A stretch of 64,000 bases of DNA from Paragordius varius. Taxonomy: Eukaryota > Animalia > Nematomorpha. The notes under the pieces were generated by a model, which was given only the letters and a program-made list of their open reading frames with translations, did no database searches and was not told the origin of the DNA. The DNA lies in contig OZ176051.1 in assembly GCA_964247055.1 (NCBI GenBank), positions 6,324,001-6,388,000 on the forward strand. The letters are read 5' to 3'. Shown piece by piece: positions 50,101-63,786 of the stretch (the stretch's first letter is position 1; the number at the start of each line of letters is the position of its first letter). The position numbers and the translations under genes are program-made.

Positions 50101-53100
50101 TAAAACATTCAACGACCCTATCATTTAAGCATATTGCCCTAATTACAACCTTTGAAGTTGTAAACGGGTTTACCTCTGTGCGTGACAAAGTTACATCAGA
50201 ATCCTTAAACGTGCAATTAATGCCAAAATAATAGTGCCTGAGGAAAATATTATCAGCTAAAATACGTAGTAAAACAAAAGCACATACCCATAAAACAAAA
50301 GGCTTAATTTATAAAATGGGTATAAGACCAGTTTTGACATATACCTCGAAAATCATCGCGTTAACACCAACACAAGAAAAGCGTTTTATGAGTGCAGACA
50401 TATAATACGCCTGATGTCAATACAACTAAATCCCACAGATTTTCGGAATGACATACAAATGAAGCCAAACAAATGCATCCAATTCAAAAGAATGAGATAC
50501 TACGGTCACATTGACCGTATGAATGTTATAATCTAACTAGAACCTTATTCGACATCATCACACCAGGAAACAACAAACCCGGCCATCCTCGTTTAACTTA
50601 GGGTAAAAAAATTGATCTGGATTTACCAACAACTCAAACTGCTAAAAATTGATTATAATGATAAAGTTTTTTATCACAAAAAGCTGAATAGTTAACGATG
50701 ATATACCATCAAAACTAATTGTAAACAACATCTACGACAACAATTAACTTTAAAATATTCATGAGTTTTTAAATAAAAAATAGTCATAAATATAAACCTA
50801 AAATATCAGTATTATTACTTTAAGAAACAAAATTACCTTCACAATTCTTATGGTTTGGATGGTAATAATAGCAAAAGTAACATAATAAAGATTTACCTCA
50901 AGAGAAAGCCATTGTGAAGCATATTTTATTAATATATAGTTAGATCTGCTTATTATACAGTATGATTTTAGCGTCTGCCAAACTTTATTTCAACTATATT
51001 ATAGAATTAGTTTAGCAAATGGTATAATACTAACACCTAAAAATATTCTAGACTGCACATATGAAAGAGGATTGACGCCAGAATTACACAGGCTTATGAA
51101 GGATGTTTTGCCATCCAAATTGCATATATTATAGCAATTAATTTGTATTTACGTATTTAGATGGATAGTTTTTGGGATTAAAATGGTTTATCAAATTTAT
51201 GCTAAATGAAAATAGGTCTAGTTCTAATTTTTTATTATTATTAAAAATTATTACTAAATATTTTTGACATATTAATAAATACAGGTAAAAATATTACTGC
51301 GGTTTTATATATTTATGTAAATTTCATATTTTTAACTTTATGTTTTACATTGTTAATTATTATTAAATATTCAAAATTTTTAACACATTGATAAATACCT
51401 ATATAATATATATTTGTAATATTTAAAAGCATTGTGAATGTACTGTTATAGGCCATCTAATTAATGGTAAATAAACACGTGCTATTTTTCCTACAATCAT
51501 ATGACACACACAGAAAGAAATAAACAATATAATATAATTTTTCAGATACATCAATCGTCTCCAAGATATTACAAGTATCTGAGAGTGATATTATATTCAT
51601 AATTACAATTATTTTGAAAAAAATAACGGAAAAAATTCAAAAAACGCAGATGATATTTAACACATCTCTCATCAATAAACGTATACTAGTTTCGGGTCCA
51701 TAACTCTTTATCAGTACGTATCTATTGACGAGAGTTCACTTGAAATTCTGCTATATAATATGTCATAATACAACTTTTGGCTTTATTGAACAATATGTTT
51801 TAACATGCCTTTCATATATGTTTATCATCATTTATGCATTATTTAATATTTTTGCCATATTGATAATTACAGTTTAAAATATATGTAAAATCTATATTTT
51901 TTGTTTAATTTTGTTATTAATTACTAAAATGTTTGATGTATTGATGAATACAGGTAAAATACATGTGTTGCGGATTTATGTTAGAAATTTTTAAACAAAA
52001 TACAACAATGTATATCAAAACAACCACCTGATGTGACCATTGAGAATTAGAAATCGATTAACAAAAAACACCAAGATTTATAAACCACATTTGATAAGTA
52101 ATCTATAGAATTACTAAATATTGAAATAATTAATAAATCTAAATAAATTTTTTTAGAATATAAATGCCGATATTTTTGATGTATAATTAACAAATAGAAT
52201 AATATTTATATTAATGTTGGAAATTTTTTTTGTTATTGTATTTTGAGTAAAATTTATTTTATTGTCATTTTATAACAGATTAATAATTTTGGCATGACTG
52301 ATTCCACCACTGTAGGGCTCTTGTGGATAGATTTATGACATTATATATTGATGAGGTCTTATTATGTGGTTTAGACTCTTGGTGACTATAACCGATAAGA
52401 AATTATCATAGAGTGCCAAAAAAAATTTAGATAATGTAATTAATCCTGAAAATTTACAATTTTACCGTTATTCTGATGATTATATGTGCTAAAATATAAA
52501 AAAGAAGAAACATATAATAGTATTAAAAAGTAATATTACATATACCTCCTGTATTCTAGAACTTTGCATCATAATTTTATTAGCTATTGGGAGCTAAAAC
52601 ATTCATGAAAGGACACTAAACTTACCATCCATATTGATATTACCTTTACTAAATTTGCATAAAAAATTCCTCCTGAAAATAAATCAAAAATGATTCTGCA
52701 TATTTTTTCTACAGCCTACAAAATATGAAAAAGCTATGTGCTTTCACCAATGAAGTCAATGTATCGCGTATTAATGAAGGCTAACGATTCTGAAATTATT
52801 ATAGGATTACCATTGATGAGAGATGTTCATATATCATCTGCGTTTGTTAAAAAAATCCTTTATTTTCAACTATTGATATAATTTATTTATTTAACATTTA
52901 AATCTAAAAATTCGCATCCAAATACGTACATAAATTGTTACAATGTATGCAATAGTATTACAAAAATCCTTCATAAGCCTATGTTAATACTCACGTCAAT
53001 CCTCTTTCATATGTACAGATTAATATAATTTTGACCATTTGCTAAACTAATTCCTGCATTTGGCTGACTATAAAGTAAGTTGGCAGACACAAAAATGCTT

Positions 53101-56100
53101 ACTGCATTAAGCATAAACAAATTTTTTATAGCCTTTAAAAGTTTAGGGTCGTCAATTATAATAAATGTGTTGTATTCGATTGTTAAGATACCATGTACAC
53201 ATAAAAATATTTCTGGCGCCAGGCGGATCGAGATGAGATTTTTTGATATTCCAATAATCTATATTATTATTATTATTTAAACAAGCAAATATTTAAATTG
53301 CGATCGTTTTTTTCACTAGATTTTAATATATTTATTTGTAATTGGCCTTGGGTGTCCACTTATTCCAATATGTATCGGCGTGTTACTGTCGATTAGAAAA
53401 TGTAATAATATTTGCTTAAATTTACCATTTTTTTTTATTTTTGTTAGATTATTCTTTTGAATACATAAAAGTTTATTAAAAATGGCGATCGGTGCAGTTA
53501 CATTTACCTTAAATTAATTATATTTAAAACAAGTTGTAAAATTGTTTTTTGATTGGCTCCATTTACTTCTTACTTAAAATCGGGTTTGCTTTTAAAAAAT
53601 TACTTCTGAATTTATCGTATATAATAAACATATATTAACACGGTTTTTTGGCGAATTTAAATTCTTACATGCATATCTAATTTCAAAAGTTGCCTAAAAA
53701 ACGCATAACAATCATCAAATTAAAGATTACTTAAATTCTTAAATATTAAAATTCTTTGTAACATTAATGGCATACTGGCATTTTAAAGAAAAAACATATA
53801 TTTTAATACTTTTATTGCATTTCTTTATATTTAGGGAAAATTTGCTAACCTTCTTGTACAAACTCAAGAATGTAGATGGGAGTTTTTGTATGCATGAAGG
53901 TGGGGAAGTCGATATTCGAGGAGTTTATTGTGCCTTAACTATTTGCCGTTTACTAAATATTTATCATGCCGATTTATTTGATAAAACTGCTCAATGGGTT
54001 GCAAGGTAAATAACGTATATTTGTTAATTACCTACATTTATTCCTTAATTTTATTTTTTGATTCTATTATGTTTACATATAGCAGTTTTTTTACTGATCA
54101 AACAAAAAATTTATTAAAATTTTTAGGGGCAAAATATTTGTGATGAGGATTTTTTTACAACTTTTTTTTTATATTTGTATAAAGCGTTTAAGGGCCATAA
54201 AATGCATATTTATAAATTTGACTTAATATCATGGATATTATTTTATAAGTTTTTTAAATTTATGATTGCTCTAATCTAGGGTATATAAATTAACTTTTAT
54301 ATAAATTACTTTTCTTATAAAGTTGTCAGACTTATGAAGGGGGATTTGGGTGTTTACCTGGGACTGAGGCCCATGGTGGTTTTACTTTTTGTGGATTTGC
54401 TTCGTTAGTTTTGTTAGGTCAGGAGCAATTATGCAATATGTCAACTTTATTGGTAAATATTTAAATTACTTGGTTAAATATAATCTTTTATTATTCTTTT
54501 ATTAATTTTGAGTAAAAAGGTTTTTGATATAAAGTTTTATAAAGTATACACTGTGGATTCCCCTATAAGTTTCGCCTCCTCAATATGTGTTTAATAAACA
54601 GCATCCTTATTAAATAATCAGATCATGCCGAATGCGCTTTTTCAGTATTAACCTACATCGTTTAAAGTTTAATTTACCTTTACACAAATTATGTTTGTTA
54701 GTTTGGACTCCTTAAAATCAGTAAAAATAAAATTTAACCATTTTTAGTGAGATTTTATACGCATTAACTGTAGTTTTAGTTTTCTTAATAAGGGTCAAAT
54801 GCGGATAATAAATTTTGTTTTTTCCAATGAAGAGGGTCCACTGTACATCAAACATGCCTTAACATATATTTTTAACAACTGTCCTTATTAATATTATTTA
54901 ATCATTTATTATTATGAATTTGAATTTGTTTATTTGAATATAATGGTAAATGTTTTTATAATTAAAGCAAATTCCATATCTTTAAGTCAAAACCAAAAAA
55001 ATGTCTCATGAAACCACAGCAAACTATATATATATATATATATATATATTAATTCACCCCCTGATATATAAATAAATAAATAAATGCGCATTTTAGAGAT
55101 GGTTATGTTTACGGCAAACTTCTCCGGAAGGGGGATTTAATGGCCGAACGAATAAACTTGTGGATTCTTGTTACTCTTTTTGGGTCGGTGCCGTTTTCCC
55201 AATGCTATGTGAATCGCTGTATTATCAACAAAATTTTGGTGGATTTGTTGGTTCAAAAAACACTGTTAAAAAAGATGAAACGCCCAAAATTAATCTGGAA
55301 GCAAAAAATGGAATATTAAGTATTTTATTTTTTTCAATTATAATATATTATATATTAGTTTCTTATTGATTTGATAAAAATATTGAAAATGTATTATCTC
55401 ATATCATTAAGATAGGTATTATTGGGATTCCATGGATTAAACGAAATATATCTCTATCTTTTGTTGTGTTTGTTCAGTAAAATAAAATCTTTTTCTATGA
55501 TTTAGTCCAAGTTGTTTTAAGACACCCTTTTCGGTTGGGGGCAGGGATCTGTAAATCAAGAATTTCTTTTGCAGGTAAGTCTATACTGGATCTGTCTATG
55601 TGTCCAAAATACCGAGTTCTGTTTGCCTGATAAAAGCTGTTATTGGTTCTAGTTCATTTATGATAGAATTTATCATCATATATTTTAGCATTTTGTCTTC
55701 CGTTCTTTTCATTCTCGATTCTAATGTTTTTGTGATTGCCCAGGTTTCGCAGGCGTAGGTAAGGGTAGGGAGGACACCCACTTTATAGGATTTTATTTTT
55801 TACGGTTATGTCTTTATGTGTTAATACATATCATTATAATATAAAATATCCCTTGATACTAAAAATTATTGTTTGCATTAAGCGAATTAACTTATTTAAA
55901 ATGAAGATGAAAATTGAATATTTTTTATGTTTAGTTGAATTAACTGAATTTTTTTGCAATTGTTTTGATATTCAAAAATAGGCCCTTTAGCTAGTTTAAA
56001 TGTCATATATTTTTTAATTATCGTTTTATTGCTTATTTTAGTGTCACCAAATGTGCCCGAAAAATTTATATATCTATTAGATGGCTGGATGTTTAATTCA

Positions 56101-57141
56101 GGTTGTTATATTATATTAATGATTATAAAATTAAACTTGCAATATTTCACTCCATAAAATTATAAATTATTTTTAAATAAAATTGATTGCTAATAATTTA
56201 ATTTTTGTAATTTTAAATAATTTTTTAGATAACTCTCCTATAGGATTCTAGTAGTGTATTTTTGACTATTTTTAAAATGTTTTTTGTTTTTTTATGTTTT
56301 AAAAGATGATTAGCATTCATTATATCACAGTTAAAAACTTTAGTTACAAAAGCCAACATTAATGTAAAAAATGGCTATTTTTCTGATCAATCTTATTTTT
56401 TTATGATATCATTTCTTGATATTGGTTTTAGAGGCCTTACAAACCTATATTATCCGTTGTTGCCAACATGATTCTGGTAGTCTTTTGGATAAGCCAGATC
56501 GGTATTTTTCAATTACAATGCATATTTTTAATAATGATCTGTAATCCATATATTAAATGTTATTTCCAATTTATTAGACCTCAAGATTTTTATCATACGT
56601 GTTATGCCCTTTCTGGCTTATCTTTGGCACAACATGCATTTAATGCGAAAGCATTTGTTTTTGGCGAGCCTGCCAATGAATTGGTAAAACTTAAATAGCG
56701 TTGGTTTAATTATCAGCTTTTATTATTTTTATCAAAATATGAAGGTTATTAAATTTTAATTATGCAAAATGGTTATAAAGGCTAAATAATGTTATTAGAA
56801 CTCATTAGATATGGATTCTGTGTCCAAGATATTTTGTTTTTTTTAAACAACAAAAACTTTATATCTATAAAAAAAGGAGATTAAATTTTTTGAAAGCACA
56901 CTATAGTATGTTATTTACCATATTACCTAGGTATAAGAACCTAAAACCCAATAATTTAATTATTTCTTATTTTAATTCATATATATTTTGTTTATAATAA
57001 ATTTATATTTTATTACAGAAATGTATACATCCCATTTACAATTTGGAAATTGAGGCTGAACACAAAGCTAGATCATATTTTCAAAAGTTGCATAATCCGC
57101 ATATTTCAGTGCTCAAAACTAATTCCTTGTCAACTTTTTAA
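47166..57141 (+). CDS. FNTB: Protein farnesyltransferase beta subunit
   Basis: Exons 47166-47246, 47273-47318, 47341-47408, 47432-47523 ([17 protein letters not shown]), 47549-47598 and 47620-47716 ([23 protein letters not shown]), from 53835 ([20 protein letters not shown]), from about 54324 ([18 protein letters not shown]), from about 55098 ([14 protein letters not shown], Zn ligands Asp/Cys), from about 56430 (LLDKP), from about 56578 (DFYHTCY, Zn ligand His), last exon from about 57019 to the stop at 57141. Use of a small exon at 55506-55574 is uncertain. Confidence 0.93.
48480..48830 (-). pseudogene. Decayed piggyBac-like transposase fragment in the long FNTB intron
   Basis: Minus-strand translation with stops and frameshifts: FIGILIARG, then ATVDEQL (48606-48623; piggyBac first catalytic Asp motif TxDEQL), then [14 protein letters not shown]. 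Confidence 0.6.
49950..50620 (+). mobile_element. RTE-clade LINE 3' remnant
   Basis: Broken translation [22 protein letters not shown] (Cys/His finger seen in RTE ORFs), [17 protein letters not shown], and [11 protein letters not shown] (compare RLRWxGHVxRM). Many stops. Confidence 0.7.
55596..55790 (-). mobile_element. Short RTE-clade LINE fragment in an FNTB intron
   Basis: [33 protein letters not shown] matches the RTE C-terminal motif LxYGxETWxxT. Confidence 0.75.
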
Positions 57142-57329
57142 TATATTTGTAGTTTGAAAAATGTAATTTAAGATATGTCTATAAAAGCTTATTTTATTTG
57201 TGATGCAAATCTAACTATATATGTCTAGTATATTATGTGGTTAAATAACGATAATAATATATATTTTTACGCGTCAGTAATTGAGAAAATATAATACAAT
57301 AAAATTTCTTCTTCTAGTATTAACATTAT

Positions 57330-60300
57330 TTAATTATGTGGACAATCTTTCAAGAGTTTTGAAACGACAATGTAAGCAGACTTGAACGGTTGATTCACTA
57401 CAACATAACCTTTGTTTAATTTCAAGTTTGAGAGAACATAATCCTTCAAGAAATTATAGTTTTCTGGACCATCAGCGCTGGCTTTTGTTTTTACCGAAAG
57501 ACCCGTTTCTGTTTGTAATACAGTAACCTAGAAATATACAATTTGTTGTTTTTATATTTTTATCATATTAGCATATATATAAAAATCAAAAATTTACCTC
57601 AGCATAATCGGCAACATTCAAGGTTTTTGTGTCATAATTGATTAAGTTTATGCATTCTAACACATTCCCAGCTTTATTTTCTTCATTGAAATCTAATCTT
57701 ACCTATTTTTATATTAACGAATAATTATTATTTTGGTGGTTATGTGAAAATATTTAGTTTTAAAGGCTATGGGTCCTATAGTAGCGTGTTTCTTTGGCCT
57801 TAAATGCACCAATAACAGAAACCTATGTGAGGTGTAGGGATACTTTTTTTGAATAATCAAATATTTTTTAAACTGAACGCGTTAAGTTGAAAGAACAATA
57901 TAATCGTACACAGCCTCTGATAATTTAAACTCATATTTAGAAAGTATAGGGATAATTTGTATATTATATGCCCGACAAGTGACATATAGAATTAATACCA
58001 ATTTGGTACATGTGCAACCATGAAATTTTGGTAATGAATGAGTAAACTAGGGGATCCGTAAAAACTAGATTGTAGACATTTTCAATTATAGCTCTTAATT
58101 ACTAATTTACAAAATTCACAATTGGGGGAAATTAACTATATAAGAATTTTCAGTGAATTACAGTAGTATGTATACATTGCTAGAAGGTTATTAATTATTG
58201 CCAAATAGCATATACAACAAAGGGCAGTATTATTGACGTATAGTTTTTTTTTACTTTTTACTATTATTAGCCAATAATAATTCTCTTTGCTGCATGCTAT
58301 TTGGCAATAAATAATAACTTTCTAACAATATATAGTTACTCATACTGTATAGCAATTATTAAACCTAAAGAATGAGTTACAAATAAAATTTAGTTGACTG
58401 GTACCCGTATTTATGCTACAAAATACTAAAAAACATTGAATCTTTATATCATGTCTAATATAGAAATATACTTTAATACTAATTAGTCTCAAGATTCTAT
58501 GCAACATCAATTAATCGAAAATCGCTTTATTATTTGATTTTATAAAATAATAAATATATTTAAAAAATCAAGACAAAAATAGAAACAAAACCCAATTTAA
58601 ATTATCAAAAATTAAATGACACACCAATTTAAATTTCCGGTTTGAATAGTGGGACTAGCTCCTTGAGTTATCTAAGTAAGCTGTCAAGCAAACTCAAATT
58701 TGCCCTTGTGAATAAGCCGGCTCAAAACACACTATAGAGATAGACTATATAGCCTCGTATTTTGTAGTAATCCCCAATTCACAATAATGGTGTTTATAAT
58801 GTCTCATCTCAAAATTGATGGTCCTTACAACCATGAGCCGGCTTCAAGGAAATTTGTGGCTAGCTATTTTACATGTTTAAAATTAAGCAATATTTAACAG
58901 GTAATAATTTTATATTTGGATTTGTCTTAGGATGAATATGTACAAAACATTAATTTGAGTTGGAAATCTACCTTATCATTCACATAGATATGGTAATCAG
59001 ATGATTGAACCGATTTCATTTCTGCAATCACATCGTCTCCAAATATTTTATATTCCACCAAACCGTTTTCTTTGTGTGGAACTAAATTTCCTAAATAACG
59101 GACATAGACGTCATCGTTATCCGGCATTAAAATCAGATTCCTACATTAGGAAAAAAAATAAAGGTATCAACATTAGTCCACAATATATTTGGAAAAAAAC
59201 ACATAAATCAACTATCAGCAAACATGGAACATTTAATACACGTTTCGTTAATAAAGTGCAAAAATATTTCATTTTAAATTTAGCGGTTTATTTCTAAAAC
59301 CATTGACCTAGTTAACTTTTCTGACATGAATTAACGTAAACAAGCAGATCTGTATGAAAAAAATTGTTAAATTAGTTATCTGCATCTAAAATAATAGGAT
59401 AAAATACTTGATAGATTTCTCCTTGTAATTAATAACATTGTATATCCCAGGCGTTCTGACCAATTCACAAAGGCATTTATAGTCAAGGTAAACAGCTAAA
59501 AGAACATATAGAAAAATCATTAGTAAAAATAAACTTCAAAAATATTGTAAACGGGATATCTTACTCTTATTATTATTGGAATAAGTGAAATTAGGCAAGT
59601 TCAAATTTCCCCAATAACTCCCATCCAAGCACACTATAAAAATATTGAATATAATTATAAATATATGATAAAATCGAAATGTAAAAATTTACACTTCTAA
59701 ATATATTTTACCATTTGAACAATTTTGTAAAACTACTCTAAGGATGTGTTGCTGGGCCCTGCTTGAATCTATGATATCACCTTGAGCCATTTCAAGCTCA
59801 TTGATGAATGTGTTACGCAATCCGGTTCTAATTATGCTATATTGTCCAATTTGATCTACCATAACATAATCATCTAGCTGTGATATTTCCAACTAATAAT
59901 ACATAAAGTATAGGATCTAAATATAATAACCAATTTAAATTATGTATAATGTGGTTGGCAAACAATGAAAAAATTAATATAATTTTGTTTGCTCTCCCTA
60001 TACTGTGTAAAATTAAAGTTACGTAGAAATATAAAGAAGTGTTTTTTCAAAAGACATATTTACTTTTTTAAATCTTGATTTATTATATAAAAATAATTTA
60101 ATTAAAATTGTAAAATACATAATTGATTGTATATTACTTATTTTCATTTCTATTATATACTTTGCATAATACAATCAGTTACAATTTAAAAAAATATTTG
60201 TCTTTAGATTTTACCTTTTGTCCGTATAATTTCAATTTTGACCAATATATTTATAAAATCCTTATAAATGTTTCGGCATTATGGTTGAGACTTTGACTCT

Positions 60301-63111
60301 TTATCAAAAACCGGTGGCACTTTTTTAACATATTTAAGAATACACTTTTTAATCTGGTTGCACATTAGTTATTGATGACTTTGTTTAAAGGCTTTTGGTC
60401 GCTCATACTTTAATTTAATGATTTATAATTTAAAAAATAATTATATTCTTATTACTAACACAGTTAATTTTTACGCTTATATATATATATATATATATAT
60501 ATGATATATATACTTCAAAAAAGCTAATAGGATTGAAAATAATCATGTATACATAAATTTTGTTTTGAAGGTTTATTATTATTCAATGCGTTTATTTTAA
60601 TTATTTTGGTGTAAGATAATCTACCACAATTACAATAAATTAAAATTGGGTATAGCCTACCTCTTAAAATTATATCATTTATCATCTGTTAAGCGCTATG
60701 GTATTTGCATTTAATTTGCCTATAACCTAATTTTCAGAATCTGAAATCTTTCATTATAATTTTTAATCTAATTTAGATGTTTTACTTTAAAATAACCTAA
60801 AACTTCACCGTTATCGAAATATTAGATTTTTCTTATTAAATTAGAATTAGGTACTAAATTAAATAAAGTAGAATACCGTCTCAATGTTGGATTTAGAGAG
60901 TGATAGATCATAGCACATGCTTTTCACTCCGCCACGTGAGAAATGGAGTCCACAAAATTTCGGAACTTGGGCCTCACGGTCTACTACCAATTTCAACTAA
61001 AATTATTTTTTTCAATTAGATTTTTAAAATATTTTCCTTTTAAGGTATTATAAGAATATAAAAAGGCCTATTAACCAAATAATATTAATCAAGCGCATAA
61101 TTGTTTATGAAAATTTTATAAAGAGTGAGTAATGAACCCAAAAGTAATTTTAAAAAATCGTATTTATCTTTGAAATATAGATTATGTCGATTGTTACAGA
61201 ACAGATTCATGCTTAACGTATGTAGTGTAAACTTTTAAATTCACACTAATGATGTATAATCCTTACATTACTCCTTGATTTCATTTTCAAGTTAAACTCT
61301 TTGGAAGTCATATCAAGATCATCCAACACATCCTGACTAAAAGCTTTGACCGGACCGTCACCGGGTTTAGCTTGAAATAATGCTCTGCCATCAATTATCC
61401 ACTCAATATTATTCTTTTGTTTGGAGAGGAAAGTTTGAGTTTTGTATTTGAAAGATCTATTTTATAGCAATACTTTTAAATAAGCTATTTTTTAGGATTT
61501 GATATTAAATAAAATTTACGGCGGTAAATTGAGTTTCTTCACAAGATCGTAGACTCCAGGTCGTTTGATTCCATAACACAAAGCTATTTTACAAATACAT
61601 TTTTATATGATGATCGGAACTATTAATTAAAAAGAGCATATAATTTATGAATTACTTCCAATATCATAGGAGCTATTCTTTGGTGGACCTATAAATTCAT
61701 GATTAATTAGCATTTAGACATTATTTATTTAGTTAAGTATTTATAAAAAATAAAAAAAACAATTACTCATGTCCTCTTCGCAATCAATTATGGTTGTAAT
61801 ATCTGTTTGTATAAAGAGTTAATTAATTACCAACACCTTTAATAATTTTAATAATCTTTGAATGACTAAACCCAATTATTATCGTATAATAATTGGTAAA
61901 CTTAAATCATATTTTATAGTGTATTATTGGGCACCGAATACTTATCCTAACTTTTATTTATGCTATCTAGTTTTTTATAACATTCCTTTTTGAATATTCA
62001 TAGCAAAATATAATAAACAAAAACCATAACCTGTATTGATGGTGGCGGATGTTGTAGTTTCTATATATAATACATTATAAAAACGTTTATAAAAATACAA
62101 TGGTTTGTGCTTCTTGGTTTATTTTTATCCCTCTACTCTTAAAAACCTCCCTGGGAAATTATTTTAAATATCTTTGAAGAAAAAACTAATTGGTCATGGT
62201 TATGAATCCGATTTTAATTTATAAAAATAAATGCAAAACATTGTAACCCAAAAAGGTTGTCTAAACGATTCTGAGGTCTAATTAAAGTCATTGTTTCACA
62301 ATTGACATAACACACTTTCATGAAAACAAATATCAAGTAATTTTAAATAAATCCAGATAAGAACTTCAATTTTGTATAGAAATAGCTTCTATAATATCAT
62401 AGGATTTATTTTAAATTATTTGATATTAATTTTTTATTATTTGGTCAAGGGTATAAAAAAATATCATGATGAAATTAAAATATTATTATAAATAACAGAA
62501 TTATCATGGTACTTTTGGTCTTGGAAATTACAGGTGATAAAGAAGATTATTTACACTTTGTGCTAGGTGCTCTATATCAAAATGGCAAAATTTTACCATA
62601 TTTTTTGTAATAATTTTTTTTGAAAGCTAAATGTTTCATTCCAAAAAAATCACTAATATAGATATCATGCACTCTTTATAAAAAGCAAAACAATATTTTT
62701 ATAATATTTTAATTTTTAGATGTGGGCCCAGAAAGTCCCAAATTTTTTTTCTCTTCCAAAATAGGCTAACTCTTTTAAAATAAACGCAAAGTGCCGGAAT
62801 TTCGCAATAAAGTTATATATGCCAAATTTTCACAAAATAATATTTTTTAAAAATGCATACTTTTAGAATTCAATTTTTATCAAAATTTTGTTGGATTTGA
62901 TGATGCTCATTTCTATCGCTTCAGAATATCAATTTAAAGGTTTGTTTACTTTTAATTGATAAATTTTTATATAAAAACATAGTTTATATTTAACAATTGA
63001 AGACAAACCAATAATTTTTTCAAAATTCTGAGGTGATAGATATGTTCAATATCATAGAATATTATATAAAAACCAAAAGCACCAGGAGAATACTGATACA
63101 TTTTTCTATTC

Positions 63112-63144
<33 letters not shown>

Positions 63145-63786
63145 TATATATAAATTTAATCTTGATATTTTTTGTGTAAACTATGTGTCCATATAAAAGT
63201 GATCAAATGGAACTCTTTATATAAGGTTTTGTCAAGATATAATTTATTAGCTAAAAGCTAGAACTTAACTTTTTCCACACAAATTCCAAATATGATATTT
63301 TGTGCAAAACTGACTGACCTTGAGAGGGAGGCGTAACTGGCGTCGTAGTTTCATACGTATCTGCCGTCATGGTGTATGTCGTAGTTTCTGGCGTCGTAGT
63401 CTCACCACCTGGAGTCGTAGTTTCCCAAGGAATGGTGTCTATCGTTTCTATAGTAGTTGTCGTTGTGTCATATTCAGGGGTTGTAGTTTCCCAAGGAATG
63501 GTATCTATCGTTTCAATAGTAGTTGTCGTTGTATCATAGCCTGGAGTTGTAGTTTCCCAAGGAACCGTATCAATAATTTCTGTAGTCGTTGTAGTTGTAT
63601 CATATTCAGGAGTCGTGGTTTCCCAAGGAATGGTATCTATTGTTTCAATAGTAGTTGTGGTTGTATCGTAATCTGGGGTGGATTCACTAGGTGGTGTAGG
63701 ATCGGTATGTATGGTAGGGATGGTAAATGTGTAAGTCGTTTCAGGTACCGTTGGGGTAACGGTTGATTGTGCCACGGTTGTTGTTA
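57330..63786 (-). CDS. 5'-truncated orphan gene: Thr-rich tandem-repeat mucin region followed by about 400 aa of non-repetitive sequence I cannot assign
   Basis: Phase-consistent exon chain: 63786-63319, about 62060-62031, 61803-61768, 61689-61657, 61584-61520, 61460-61265, 60996-60877, 59892-59710, 59495-59410, 59148-58972, 57700-57597, 57528-57330 (ends KDCPHN-stop). The first exon seen has an acceptor (TTTCTCAATAG), so the start lies outside the window. Internal coordinates are approximate. Confidence 0.7.
58161..58347. mobile_element. Foldback MITE with TA-CAGTA termini
   Basis: TA-CAGTAGTATG ... CATACTG-TA; internal inverted arms TTATTGCCAAATAGCAT / ATGCTATTTGGCAATAA. Confidence 0.7.
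63407..63670 (-). repeat. Coding tandem repeat, 4 x 66 bp (22-aa unit YDTTTTTIETIDTIPWETTTPE)
   Basis: CCCAAGGAA recurs with a 66-nt period; the unit is visible in the 63251-63775 ORF translation. Confidence 0.92.

Noticed and set aside
53000-53260. Nested protein-coding gene in the FNTB intron
   Set aside because: The frames are broken and the segment is one arm of a diverged inverted repeat; TE debris is more likely.
60215-60410. Extra exon of the orphan mucin gene
   Set aside because: All three minus-strand frames contain stops, and the flanking exons already join in phase 0.
63320-63766. Arg/Cys-rich repetitive plus-strand ORF
   Set aside because: Antisense reading of the 66-bp Thr repeat; the minus frame has proper splice sites.
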